From NCBI GenBank assembly GCA_965153455.1, contig OZ234494.1, positions 124,001 through 188,000 of the forward strand: a stretch of 64,000 nucleotides of DNA, in the 5' to 3' direction. Each line of letters opens with the position of its first letter. Within the stretch, counting starts at the first letter, position 1. This DNA is from Sphagnum compactum (taxonomy: Eukaryota). Both the position numbers and the translations under genes were made by a program. A model generated the notes under the pieces. It was given only the letters and a program-made list of their open reading frames with translations. It was not told where the DNA came from and did no database searches. Positions 22,871 to 36,311 of this stretch are shown in pieces.

Positions 22871-25800
22871 CTTGGGTGATTTTTTAGCCATTTTTCGGAC
22901 CTTTTTTGTAATGAAAATAAATAAATAACCCATATCTAGACCTAGGCCCACCCATTTTGTAAAAATGCTACAGCCCACCTCAAATGACAGTTGCCAGTAA
23001 CAATGGTAGTAAATGTTGGGGGGCCCTCCCCCCATTGGACCTATTTGAGGAACTTGTAAAGAAAAGTGAACCCTATGTACCTCAGACAAATAATGCCATG
23101 TCAATGTAAATGCCATGTCAATGTCTGCTGCTGCTAGTGCCTTGTTTATCCCCCCCCCCCATGTAGTAGGCTAAGTAGTATTCAGTTTTCTGGGCAGCTT
23201 GGTCTACAACGTTAGAGAACAACAGTATGTTAAGATCCTGTAAATAGTCGAACTGTCCCAAATCAGTACTGTGACTAGCAATCATTCACTGTGTTTGTAG
23301 TTGCTGGAAACAACTAGTTGGTCCCTTCTGGGACCTGGAGTGGAGGTAGGCCTAGCGCCCAATATTATGACAGGTATTAATATTTTTACTGTCGATGTAA
23401 CTAAGGATTTTTCATGTAATTATGACAAAATCATTCAAGTGCTGTGAAAGAAAGGCGACGAAAGAAATAAATCTTTACTTTGGAAGTGTTTGAAATGATG
23501 CCACATGGCACTCTGATAAACAAGCCAGCAGCAGCTGCAAAATCACTGGCATACACAAGTCTTCTTCACCACCTGGACGCCTTCTGCAGCTGATGTCCAC
23601 AGACATGTCTCTGATGGATTCAACTATACAAATGAGATTGGAGGGTATTTTCACAAGAGCCCTGTGAATTATATGGTCTCGGACTTATTGCGCAACTCTA
23701 ACTCACCTTTTTTTTTTTCCAAAATAAATGTTGCTGCTAGTGAGATTCGGCATGTAGGTTGAAATAGCCTGTCATTGTGCCCTCTATTAGTACCCAACAT
23801 ATTTATTCTAAAAAAATTCCCCAATAACAGGGCAACACTAGTATCAAAGCCTTGATTGTTTAGATAAAAAAATTGTGGACTCTGAGAAACTTTTCCAAAT
23901 TCCCATCTAGCAATTAAGTAGTTTCAATGATATTCAATCAACCAACAAGCACACAGTGACTTGAGAGCCTTTGGGTGAACCCAAGCTAGTCCATTTAAAT
24001 TATTTCTAAACATTACAAGTATCCCATGCTTAGACTAAATCAGGGTGTCCGAGTTCAGATTTAACATTTTTTTGGGCTTAATATGGCCACTAAGAGGGCT
24101 CATTCAAAAAGGTCAAGGTACCAACATGGGTGCCGGGTTCACCCTGGCCAACTTGTGGCCTACACTGACAACTGGTTGGTCACCTTCAGCTTCTTGAGTG
24201 AGGCAGGTTAGTGGCCAAATTAAAACCCAAGAGATGTTAGATTTGGAATCAGAGCCTGTGGTTTTGTCTAATCATGGGATATTTGTAATATTTAGAGACG
24301 ATTCAAATGATTTTTTTAATTTCGACCATGGCATCAATGTTGGTGCTCCTTCATCCAAGGCAGGTATTTATAATGTTTAGAAGCAATAATGTTTATACCA
24401 CAGTACCTTTGCAGGTGCTAATTCATCCAAACCCCTGATTGAGGCCTCTTAGTGCATATATTTAACCTGCAAAATCTTAAATTTGGACTTGACAAACCCA
24501 GCCCACTAAATATTAAAACTAGCGATACTTGTAATGTTTAGAAATGATAAAAATCAATGCTGTAATCTATCTAGAGCATCAATACCCACAATCAAATTTG
24601 GATAAGCCTTATCCAGGAAAAACATTTGCACAAAAATATATATATGAGAGTGTTGTTGCTCCAATAAAAGACAACGCCTACTGTTCAAAGTTTTCATTGT
24701 TGTTGGCACGCTCTGCATGCGCTAGCAATATATGCATATTGTTGCATTCTGGAGATCCCCATGAGGTGGGGTATTCATTAAACAATGGTGGCCACAATAT
24801 TAGCTTTGGAAAATGCAATAGAGAGCTCACCATTCTTAACCCAAATTTCAGATAAAAAAGCAAACTCTTGGCCAATAGACTTGCAGTACAACCGGTGGCG
24901 GCTTGTACCAACCACCAAGCACATTTCACTTCATTGTTCGGTAAGTGGTACGCATTGGTAGTCTACTGTAGTCAATGTTTAAAAACCCAGTCTTCAAGCC
25001 AGATGCAGATCTTCTTCCCCTCCAGCTCTGCGAGTCTGCTGGCATCATATACAGCTTTGCTTATTTACAACCCAAGAATGCATCCTGTGGCTGTTCATCC
25101 TGCAATGGTGGTTAACAGTCTTCAACATTTTTGGGATAAAAATTTGTTATGATTTTCCATTTAAGGGCATCTCTAGCGGTGCTCAGTTTGTGACCCTGAA
25201 AATATATTTATGGCATCCAAGTTTTGGTTGTTTACAATTTTTTTCAAGAATACCTATAAAACTAGCACTGAAAATGGGTGGAATGGGTGCTAATAGTGAC
25301 CCATCCGGACCAATCAAACTATCTAGCCAATCAAGAGCAGGTGTGAGGCTTTGTTGTGCCTTTTACCAGCCTCAGCAAAATGTACAAGAATGCCCGGCCA
25401 AAACCATTTTGCTGCACCAAACCAGCATGTTTTGACTTTTCTCATCTATTTTAATTTCCAGGGCACAGCGGTCGCAATAACATGGTAACCATTGTGATCG
25501 ACCGATTGGATGGGGTAGATCATTTCCAAACATCCGTGGATGTAGTGGATCATTTTCAATTGCTCGTGGACGAAAGAGATGATTTATATTCACTCCATAG
25601 GGTGGATCCTTTTTTGGTAAGGCATGGACGATGTGGATTATTTTTGGTCATCCACACATTATTGATATCACTTTTAACTGCCAGGAAAAACACCAATTGC
25701 GCAGATCATTTTCATTTTCCCCATGCCCCCTGGATCACGTCCATCGTCGATACACAACCCCAATATGGGGTAGATTATTTTTGGTCACCGATACATGGCC

Positions 25801-26152
25801 CATATTGGTATTATTTTGTATACCAGGCCTTAAGGTATGATTCGCTTGCATTTGAAAGGGACTTGAAGTCCGAATGGGTGCCAAATATGATGGCGGAACC
25901 AATGCGATTTGTTGGAATGTTGACATCATTGCCAATGAAAAGTTTACACGTCACATCAATTTTTGCCCACCCCCTTGGCCGGAGAAGATTGTGCCTACAG
26001 TAGTCTCCCGCTTAAGTATGCAACTTGAACCTACATGGTTTGTGCGTACTTAGCCAGTAGGTGCGTACTTTAGATTTGCAGCTCCCAAGTCGCTCACTTT
26101 TGGTAATCTACTTTGCAACTACACACTACCTATTGAGACAAAATCACATTAC

Positions 26153-26462
26153 CTTGTCCCTTATGGCAAGTTCGGTGAAATGTTTCCATGAAGTCTCACA
26201 AGTTAGGACACGTGGTGGACATTCCTGAAAATGTGGGACCAAATGAAAACTAGGTACATTATTGGGTGGTCCCTCCTCCCTCAGAGAGACAGAGCCACGA
26301 AAGAAAAAAACTACTTCACCTGAACTAAGTTGACATCCTGGAACTTCTCCATTTTCCTTTTTTAATTATTCCTTTGTACCGTACATTTCGAAATCTTCTC
26401 TGTGTTTGTTAATAAAGTTTTTGCAGGGTTTCACCACTTTACCTGATGTTGGGGTGATGCAC
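26153..26462 (-). other. Three tiny in-phase exons (20, 18, 72 nt) of an unidentified gene
   Basis: Segments 26443-26462, 26320-26337 and 26153-26224 are each bounded by CAG and GTAAAG/GTGAAG/GTAATG. Spliced they read GASPQHQDVNLVQECPPRVLTCETSWKHFTELAIRDK without a stop. Confidence 0.4.
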
Positions 26463-29400
26463 CTGTCGCTAAGCATTTCTATTTCTTAAGTGGGTTTTGT
26501 CTCTTCTTCTTTCTCGTTTTTCCATTTTGAGTTCTACAAAAAAGATCCCACTTGAAATCTGTGTTTTTTGGGTGCTCCATATTAAACCAGTGTTGGGCGG
26601 TTCTCTCCTTTTTCAAATAAAATAACTAGTGCGTAGGTTTGAGTACCCGGGACCCTTCACAAGCGGTTCCCAGAAAATCAAAGAACCTAATTACCTCCAA
26701 CCTAGTGTATTAAATGCTGGGTTTTAGCATTTCATACCCAGATTTATTCAAATATCCTTTCTTTACGACCTCCCTCGAATAGAGGATGGGGGGGGGGGGG
26801 GGGGTGAACAAAGGCCCAAAGATGGGATGACTTCAGGGAAGATTCCAACGTTTCGTCGGGCTTCGGTTTTGGTTTGGGTGGCGCGAGCCTCCTCAACGGC
26901 TCCCTCGGGGGAGCTTCATAAAGGAGGGTCGGGCTCTTCCACAAAAGGGGGCAGTTTTAATTCATTTCAAATATATATTTATATTCCGAGTCTTTGCAAA
27001 TTTCCCTGGTAGAAACAAGTTACATATCAGTGAAGACCTACTACCAAAAAAAGGTCCTTAAAATCAAGAGCAACTTCAATGAATTCCTGAATATTTTGCT
27101 AGCATGACCTGAAATGCAAAGCATATCCTTTTGCATGTAAAATAAATGTTGGAGGTCCATGTGTATTAAAACCTACCTTAAAAGTATCACATAAATGAAA
27201 GCTTACCTTAAAATTATTCATCCATCTAATTATCTCTCTCTCACTACTGACGTTGACAACGTATCATTCATTAGACGCAAACTCAATTGACAATCACCAT
27301 TAAAGAGGGAACTCCTAACATGAACACGTCCAGCAAAGGTGATAGGATGGGTTTCCCCATGTCCATAGACGAATGATGTAAACCCACCAAACTTTATGAC
27401 AACAGAACACAAGAAAAGAGGATGGGAGTGAAAAGAAAGAGGGTTTAGGGTCAAGTGGTCATAAAGCTCAAAGGCCCGAAAGAGGGGGGGGTGGAGGGAA
27501 CATTTTCCCTTCCATTTGACCTATACCAATATGGTTTTTCCCGTCACAAATCTGGTCAAGAGCCAAATTTGGCCTCACAAAGAGCTGGCCAAAAGCCCGT
27601 TTTGAACTACCCAGATTTGATGAGAAGCAAAGGCTTGATTGCCAACCCCCAAGCCCCTAGACGTTGCTCGATGCCAAATTTTAACACGTTTCACATTCAC
27701 TTACCATAAAACGGCACTACTCAAGAACTGGCAAGTGTAACAAAGGCAATTTATTCGTGAATGGGGTCGAAAAGGGGCCAAATAATGGGAGATGGCCAAA
27801 AGTGATGCCAATTAAACTAGCCGAAGTGGCAGTTCATAATTAACCCCAGTCCATCAGTTCAAAAAAATTTGCCCTCATCATCTCTGTGCTCCCTATGTGC
27901 GAACTCGTAAGTATTTGTTTACTTTTTCGCGGGCTTTTGATTTTTCAGCCTTTTACACCTTTCGAATGGGCAACCTCCCATCTAAGATGGCGCCAAAGGG
28001 GGGTCTGTTTTGCTGATTTGGCGCAGGTCGATTGGCCCTCACCCTTTAAAATCATTTTTCCCCCTAGGCCATGAAATCCCAGGATACCCCGCACTTTTCC
28101 GTCCAGTCAATTGCGTGCCCATTCCAGGGCACACTTACCTACCCAAATTGAATGCGAAACTATTTGAATCCCTTTTCACACGCAGCCAGCAAGGGAGATA
28201 GTAACCAACGACCTAAGAAAAGCCCATTTGTTCAGGTGCCGCCTTCTCATTGGTGCCAGTCCGGTGGACTCCTCGATCTGGAGGCGCACAACTTCTTGGC
28301 GCGTTCTCATTGGGCGATAAAATTGAACGTACAACTAAAAAGGTCAGCTACAAATGGCTAATTCGAGAGGCCAAATAACGACGTGTCAGCTCCTGTGTGG
28401 TGGGCCCAAATGGGGACAAATTTGTTGCCATGCCGGTCGGACAAAGCAGGTCCATCGGTCAATGCGCCCAGAAATGGACCGCACGAGCGAGGGCGCGGCC
28501 GCGGACGGGGGAAGTTAACGGGTTGCAAGTTTCCCGCCTCTGCTCATCACCTGCTACCCGGCACCCGTCAAGAGTCCTGGTTCAGTTAGTACCTCGTTTA
28601 GTAACTTTCGCTGGGGGATAAGTAGTAAGATAGTAAGGTACATCAAGGGGCCACGGTGAACCAGCAACTGCCAATGCAGCATGACGGATGAATGATAAGT
28701 GTTCCAGAAACAGTTTTCTGTTGGGCTCGAGTTCCACAGCTAACCATGGTAGTTAGCTCAGTTGCCCTTTTTTTTCCTACCTACCTATTAACAACCCACA
28801 AGCAGGTTGTTATTAGGTAGGTAGTAAAAACAACCCTTTCCCATGTATAAACCATCTACTCAACTAGTAATTTCCTACCTACGTACCTACCTATGTGTGA
28901 GAGCTATTTCCTACACAATTGGTTACTGAGGTGAATCCAAACGTTAACCCAATTTGAGGTTCATCCACAACTGTGTATATAACGGGCATCCAGTGGACGG
29001 TGCGCTGGTGGGCGCTCGTTCTTGTAAGGTCACGTCTGTTGTTGTGCTTCCCAAAAAATAAGAATTAAAAAAAAAAAAATTGCCAGCCCGACTTCGACAG
29101 AAGCTCCCTAATCGGGTGCGGGTTAGCTTTTCTTTCTTTATTTCCTGACAATGTTGCTTATTAATGTGTGCCACCAACGGGTTTTTTTTTTCTCTTTCCC
29201 CAAACCAACGTTTTTTTTGGGGTCAATTTTGTGACATAGCCAACCTAACCGTCATCCATAGGCGGATTTAGCCTAATTTGATTACAAGATAAATATGATA
29301 ATAGTAAAAAAACATATAATATTTTTGGCAACTTACTGGAACCACCAGACACAAAAACTTTTAACTTTAGTTAGTTTATTTAATTTTTAATTTTCGCTTT

Positions 29401-30653
29401 CTGGCTGTATTGGCCAGCAAGAAAAAGTCTGCTTTCAATAAACTTGGCCAGTTAAGTATAAGGTACATGTATACCTCACTGTACTCATAACTGTCTAGTA
29501 ACACAAGTAAACATAATTATCTAGTTTTAATTTAGTTGAGTTTGTTTGATGTGGAACTTCAAAACTTGTGGAACTTTGTGGCTTTTTTTTCCAATCCAAA
29601 AAAAATGAGAGAAAGAAATACAGAAAGAAAAAGAATTTAATTTAGGGTTTACAAACAGAAGATACAAACGTGAGGGATTCTTTTGAAAAACTTATAAAAA
29701 AACTACTATGGCTGTTTTTATTCTTTTCCAGATTTTGTGATGTAAAGAATTTGGTGAATGTTTTTCAAGAAAAGAAAAAATTGTCATATTTTACACGAAA
29801 AACACAATCATCCAAAATTCTGGTTTGAAAAATGATGTTTTTTTAATTGGAAATTAGGTGAAGTTACTACATTTCGAAATACAATTGTCCAAAAATTTAC
29901 CAGAATTATTGGTTTGAAAAAAGACTACGAGTTTTTAATAGTAAGTTAGTAAATTTTATTAAAATTAAAAATTCAATTATCAGAAATTTTAACAGCATTT
30001 TGGTTTGAAAAACGACGATGATTTTTTTGTAGCAAAATTAATCGAATTTATTACACTTTAAAAAACAATAATTATCAGTAGAGTTTACCTATTTACTGAG
30101 CATTTTTCTTTGCTGCTGGGCTTTTTCTTATCTTCTTCCAGTTCCTGCTTACGGTGTCAGAGTTCCCCCGCTTCCACACCTAGTATGTTGTGTCAGTACC
30201 GTGCACTGGCGTCCGGCAGGAATTCTTTGTCGTTGTGTGTATGTTTTGCTGTTTTGTTGGACGGACGGGAGTTGCTATTGATGTTGGTGACGGACGGATC
30301 ATCATTCGTGGAAGAAGTTCAAGCCGAAACTGCTCCACAAAAACTCCTCCGATGAAATGCAGGAATAAAAAACAAACAGATGTAAGTCGAGGAAGGAAGG
30401 AAGGAACGCAACAAAAGGGAGGAAATATTTTTGTGTTCGTTTCTTCTGTCTGTTGCTGCAAGAAACAAACAGTTTACAGTAGATGTGTTTTGTAGGGCTT
30501 CTTGACGTTCTCTGCTTTTTGTTTTGTGGGTTTCTTTTCTCGTTGTTGAAGTCTTTTTCGGTTTTTTTCGTTCCTGTTCCGGAAAGACCTCTTTCGGTTT
30601 AGCTGCTTTCTTGCCTGTCCGCCTGTGCGTGGGATTTTTGTAAGACCAAAGGA

Positions 30654-30677
30654 GAAGAAGAAGAAGAAGAAGAAGAA
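30654..30677 (+). repeat. (GAA)8 microsatellite
   Basis: Direct reading. Confidence 0.9.
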
Positions 30678-31113
30678 GCAGGAGACAAACAAAGAAGGAA
30701 ACGAAGAAGGGGGATAAAGATGGAGAGCTGAAAAGGACAAGAAACAACTCCTTGTTAAAAGGGTTGAACTGTTCCCGTCCCTGTAGCACGATTTTAGAGC
30801 GTGGAGATGTTTGAACCTCGAGAGCCGTCTGCTTTTGTGCAATGGCGGCCTCCAGATGTTTTGTCCTCTGCCGTAGTTTCCTTTCATGCAAACCTTGCTG
30901 AAACCCTGTAGATCAGACCCCTGTGGAGAGAGAGAGAGAGAGAGCATCTTGTTCAAAATTTTGTTGCAGCTCCGTGGCGCGGCTGGGATGCCTCCATAGC
31001 GATCTGAGGTGCCGTGGAAGGAGGGAGGCAGTGGAAGAAGAGCGTTGAGTTTCCAACACAAACCCAAAAAAACTAGAGTGGGATATGGTGGGGTTCGAGG
31101 TGGCGGGGGGCGA

Positions 31114-31446
31114 ATGGCGCTAGGAGACTTTGTTTTGTGTAGGCAGCGCTCCCTGGAAAGCATTTCAGGCGGCACTTTAGGTCCTGCACGGCGCTTGCCG
31201 TCAATTCCGCAGCAGCTCATGGACGACCACCTTACTGGAATCGGGCGAGTGGAGGAGGAGGAGGCACAACATACTGCTGAGGAGCAGCGCCGCTGGGGAG
31301 GAGGAGGAGTAGAGGCGGCAGCCAGCGTGCCACACTTTCCGCATAACCTCTACCTTTCTGACTTGCGGCATGATGCTGCGGAACCAGTCACGTTGGCTGG
31401 GCCGCTGGAGAGTGGCGTTGTTTCCAAGTGGAGGATGAAGGACAGA
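31114..31446 (+). pseudogene. RAPTOR: First coding exon of RAPTOR (TORC1 subunit); downstream exons not found in window
   Basis: MALGDF...FPHNLYLSDLRHDA...ESGVVSKWRMKDR|GTGAGT matches the plant RAPTOR N-terminus (MALGDL...LPQT..LCELRHDA...V.KWR.KER). The expected next exon (MKTGCVALVLCLN) is not seen. Confidence 0.8.
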
Positions 31447-32741
31447 GTGAGTCCCCACATTCCCCTATCACTGTCCTCAACCTTTCTGCATCTTTCTTGA
31501 TTAAACAGGCCTTTATTTGTTGGTCAATTGCAACCCCATCTCTTCCAATTCTCCCTCGTTGTTGTATATGAAACCTTGTTGTTGTTCTCTGTCTCTGGTT
31601 ATCTGGTTGTAAGCCTGGTATAGGCAACAAACTACATCCTCCCTCTTTCTGTCTGCTTGTTATGGGCACCTGTGCAGGAGATCTTGTATTATGCAAAGAC
31701 GACAATTGATTGGACATTGCGAAGCTGTGTCTATTTGTAAAGTTTGCCCTGCATATCTTTCTGTAGGAGTCACTCTGAAGCCATGTCTGTTGATGGCTAC
31801 CATGATGGGGAAACACTGTCTTTTGATGCCTTTTGGTTCACATGGTTGGATTTCTGTGTGAATGAGTGACCAGGTTATCTTGTGAACCAGTGTTGTAGTT
31901 TGGAAACTGTCTGCTGTATTGCAATGTGACTCCAGTTTTAATACTTCTTAATGTCGTCTTTCAGAACTAAACCCTGTTTTTATTCTGTTATTGGCCGTTT
32001 CCATGCTTGTTGCCCTCACGGAGTCTTCTAGAGAGAATAGAGCTAGACATTCATAATGTGCTCATGGGTTTGTTTTGTGTTTTGCTTCTGATAGTGCGTC
32101 AATGCAATGGAAAGGGTGAGAGCATTAAGAAAGTAGGAATCCATGAACTTGCACCACAGGTTTCTTGCCCAAATTTCCTTTCCACCCTCCATGCTCCTTC
32201 TCAAAAAACTTCCCAGTTTCTGAAAACCTTCCATCTCAGAAACTTGTTGGTTGGTGGCCTCTAGTTCCTGCTTTCACTGAGAGTTGATGTGCATGTTCCA
32301 ATCTAGCTTATGCCAATCCTCCGGAAGCAGTGTTAGCTCTGAAAAGTTGTTGTCAAGATAGTGTTGTTGCTCTTGTAGTCATTACTTTCTGACTACAGTC
32401 CAAGATGGAAAACAGGTGGTGGCGTTCTTTCGCGGAGTCTTTGATACTTGTGTATTACAGGACAATGTGTCCGAAATAGTCGAGGAAGGTGAACCTTATT
32501 CTCCTCGAGCTGCACTGGTTCTAAAATGCCGAAGTACCGGCATTTGTGAGATCGGGTGAGTATTTGTGAAACAAAACGAGGAGTTATATCTTCTTCCCTT
32601 TCTTTTATGTTCTTTCTAGAGAGTCCGCGAGTTCTTAGAAGTACATCGTGGCAATGACCTTTGCTTTGTCTTTCGAAGTCCTTGTAAATGTCCATAAATG
32701 CTTGTAAATGCTGTGTGAATGTTTGTGTGCACATGATTCTT

Positions 32742-33598
32742 GGTTTGTTCTTAATCTCATAGTTATCTTATTGCATTCACTGGTTGGTTGTCATGGTCGT
32801 CGGATGATCTTTTTTTTATAAGGATTAATTCTAGGAATCCATTTCAAGAGAAGCTGGATTACATGCACAATCTGTGAGGTTATTCGGGGAGGCCCCATGA
32901 ACATTGTTTTTGAGCTGTTTGGTTAGGCAATGTTTGTGGGGGCCGGGTTCTACTCGGTGCTCGCTGGTGATTCGGTCGGCTAATTGGTCACCGAATTGTT
33001 GGCGAACTCTTTTCTGCTGACCTCGATGCATGTAATTTAGTCACACTAAATCGATGCTCTGCTGAAATGGATTCCTGGAATTTTGTTGGACTTGTAAATG
33101 CCATGGGAATGCGTGTGTGTGTATGATTCCAGGTTTGTTCTTAATCTCATGGTTATCTTATTGCATTCACTGGTTGGTTGTCATGGTCGTCGGATGATCT
33201 TTTTTTTATAAGGATTAATTCTAGGAATCCATTTCAAGAGGAGCTGGATTACATGCACAATCTGTGAGGTTATTCGGGGAGGCCCCATGAACATTGTTTT
33301 TGAGCTGTTTGGTTAGGCAATGTTTGTGGGGGCCGGGTTTTACTCGGTGCTCGTTGGTGATTCGGTCGGCTGATTGGTCACTGAATTGTTGGCAAGCTCT
33401 CTTCTATTAACCTCGGTGCATGTAATTTAGTCACACTAAATCAATGCTTTACTAAAATGGATTCCTGGAATTTTGTCGGACCTGTAAATGCCATGTGAAT
33501 GTCTGTGAATGTCTTGTTCTTAATTTCATAATTATGTTATTGCATTTATTGGTTGGTCGTCACATTTGCCGGAAAAGAAATTTTTATAAGGAATAATA
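32742..33598 (+). repeat. ~390-bp tandem repeat, 2 near-identical copies plus a partial third
   Basis: ggtttgttcttaatctcat..ttattgcattcactggttggttgtcatggtcgtcgg at 32742 and 33132, with a degenerate start at ~33515. Confidence 0.9.
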
Positions 33599-34099
33599 TA
33601 TAATGAAAGACGTTGAGATGAAATGATCCTTTCCATCCATCCGTCCGTCCCATCGTCCATCCGTCCATCCCTTCATCCATCAATTTACATTAAATGGCGA
33701 CTGTCCTAGGCGGACAATAGAGTTTTTTTGTATATAATTACAACAGTGTCTGTGCGTCCGACGACGGTTCCGCGTTTTAATGGACTGGTGGAAAATTGGA
33801 TTCGGAAAACGGGATTCGGAAAAACGGGCGGCCAGACAGGGCAGGGTGGGGCAGGGGGCAGGGCAGGGTCTGTCTGTCCGTCTGTCTTGCAGGGCAGGGG
33901 GCAGGGCCGTGCGGGAAGGGCAGGGGCCAAATAAAGAGTAAAAGATAAGGAAAAATAAAAGGGCGGGCAGGGCAGGGCAGGGGCCAAATAAAAAGTAAAA
34001 GATAAGAAAAAATAAAACGTATAAAACTTCACAGTGGCCCAAGGTCACGGGCACCCACGGGGGACTTCAAGGTGGCCATCGGCCACGGGCACCCACTAG
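33599..34099 (+). mobile_element. Non-autonomous Helitron-like element
   Basis: 3' hairpin GTGGCC-ATC-GGCCAC followed by GGGCACCCA-CTAG|T. The interior has TCCA/TCCG and GGGCA simple repeats. Confidence 0.55.
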
Positions 34100-34124
34100 T
34101 AAGGAATAATAATCTAGAAATCTA

Positions 34125-35150
34125 TTTTCATCCCTTTTCAACATAGAAAAAAAAAAAAAACTCCCTCCCATCCCTTTTCAACATAGAAAAAAAAAAAAAA
34201 CCCCCTCTCATCCCTTTTCAACATAGAAAATAAACTCCCTCCCATCCCCCTTCAACATATTTATAAAAAAAACCCTTTCAAGTTCCCCTTGTCCCTAGCC
34301 ACTCCACAATGAAAAAACAAAATTTTAAAAAAAAAATCATCCCTTTCCCTTTCCCTTCCTCCTTCCACATGTCAAATGAAGGCAAAAAAAAACATTAACC
34401 TCCACCCCCCTCCCCCTCAACAGTAAAAAAAAGAAGAAAAAAAATCAACCTGCACCCTTTCCCCTGTCCCATAATGAATTTGTAAAAAAAAATTACCCCC
34501 GGTGAACCCCTCCTTCGAAGAAAACATTTCTAGAAACCCTAAATGTACCCCTTTCCCCCCTCCTCCTTCCACCTTTTCATACATCTGGGGAAAAGAAAAA
34601 CATTTCCAAATAAAAAATGTACCCCTTTTCCCCCTCCTCCTTCCACATTTCCAATGAAGGGAAAAAAAAAACATTCACCTCCACCCCCCTCCTCTTTACA
34701 ATAAAAAAAAGAAGAAAAAAAATCAACCTGCACCCTTTCAAGTTCCCCCGTCGCACAATGAATAGAACCCTTCACCCTGGCCCTTCTCAACAATAAAAAG
34801 TAATTTATCAAAGTTACAACCAGTAAAAAAATAACAAAAAGTAACAAAACTTACCCCTTTCAACAGTAAAAAGTAACTTACAAAACTTACCACCAGTAAA
34901 AAAAAGTAACAAAAAATGAAATAAGTCAACAAAAACAGCCACAGCATTACACTAAAACAGCCGAGCACCGCTTCCTTTTTTTCCTGGTCAAACAGCCACC
35001 AGCCACCGGCACTACATTCGTAATGCCCGGATCATACCTTAAGGCAAAAAAAAACATTAACCTCCACCCCCCTCCCCCTCAACAATAAAAAAAAAAAAAG
35101 AAAAAAAATCAACCTACACCCTTTCTCCCATCCCATAATGAATTTTGAAA
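34125..35150 (+). repeat. Degenerate array of C-tract/A-tract subrepeats
   Basis: Repeated catcccttttcaacatagaaaa, aaaaaaacattaacctccacccccc and aaaaaaatcaacctgcaccc modules. Confidence 0.75.
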
Positions 35151-35151
35151 G

Positions 35152-35901
35152 AAAAACCATGGACGGATATTTGGAATGGCTGTATGAGATTTTTATCAGC
35201 CCTGTTGGGAATCTATTGGATGACATGGAGGAAGAGGATAAATTAGTAATTGTTGCACCTGAGGTATGGCACTCAAAATCTCGGTGTGGAAGTTTGGTTT
35301 GTGTTGACTTGCTTTGACTGAGAACATGTGACACCCAAGAGATTCATGTTGTCCAATTGAAAATACATCAATGAAACAGTGAAGCCTTCCTTTCTGGTAA
35401 AAGCACTTCAAAGACTGGAGTTTGTGATCTCGTCCTTGCTAAAAGGTTTGTCCAGGTTAAAAGTCCATGAAATTGTTTAGTTCCTTTTTTATTGTTATAC
35501 ATTGTGCCCAGACATGCACAATTACATGGAATAGGAGAACCTTGTGATAGATGACATAGATCACATAGAGGGGACTAGTCCAAAGCTGGTAAACTGATCC
35601 AGAAAACTCCAACCTTTGACATCAAAAGCCCTAGCTAGAATAATCTACAGGTGAAAAAAGGACTGTGGCAGCTAGGGTGAATCTGAAAGAAAAGAACTGT
35701 ACGACTATTTCTTGAAAGTTGTGGAAGGACATACATGTGTGAATGTGCAGCCTACATTCAAGAGTGAAAAATAATGTTTCCCTACTTTCCAAACTTGTTC
35801 CTATAGGTAACTTGCTAATGTCACTTTATTCTCAAACTGCAATGTTTGTGTGTGTGCAGATACTCAGCGCAGTTCCATTTACGGCTCTGCGAAAGCCTAA
35901 T
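35152..35901 (+). pseudogene. Fragment of a paralogous CHAT gene (exon 3 end, intron, exon 4 start)
   Basis: KTMDGYLEWLYEIFISPVGNLLDDMEEEDKLVIVAPE|gt, the intron, and cag|ILSAVPFTALRKPN closely match 51797-52217, with an extra ~320-bp insertion in the intron. Confidence 0.9.
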
Positions 35902-36186
35902 GAGCAGGTTTTAGGCATGTTTAGGCATGACAACCCTCTGGGCTGGGTGGTGGCTGAGTTGATGAGTTGAGTGTAGAAAGTAATAATGTCCTTGACTATT
36001 TTGTCCCCAATAGTAATTGTGGGTTGAATTTGTGCGCCTATGTCAACAATAACTTAATGGGTGGTTCTGAAACTGTGCCAGACAACAAACTGTACCACAC
36101 TAGCAAAAACAAATCCTTTCTTCCACCCACCCACCCACCTCCCTTGACTAGCTACAAAATCATGGTGGCACACACACACACACTCA

Positions 36187-36219
<33 letters not shown>

Positions 36220-36311
36220 AAGTTTTTAAACTGGTAGTGGTCTGGCTCTTAAATCCTTCTTCAATTATGTTGAGAAGAAACCCGGAGAAGGGGAGGGAGG
36301 CAGCAGCCCCA

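Noticed and set aside
23290-23680. Exon-like segments (VPSGTWSGGRPSAQYYDR; FFTTWTPSAADVH..GFNYTNEIGGYFHK)
   Set aside because: Plausible gene debris, but I cannot identify the family or a consistent gene model.
25482-26003. 173-aa ORF
   Set aside because: No recognisable motif or splice structure, and it sits next to repeat-like sequence.
30319-31220. Long minus-strand ORFs (190 and 248 aa)
   Set aside because: They are produced by microsatellite and low-complexity sequence antisense to the RAPTOR leader.
31114-31446. Functional link between RAPTOR (which has a caspase-like N-terminal domain) and the CHAT gene
   Set aside because: The exon stops before that domain and proximity in a rearranged region is probably coincidental.
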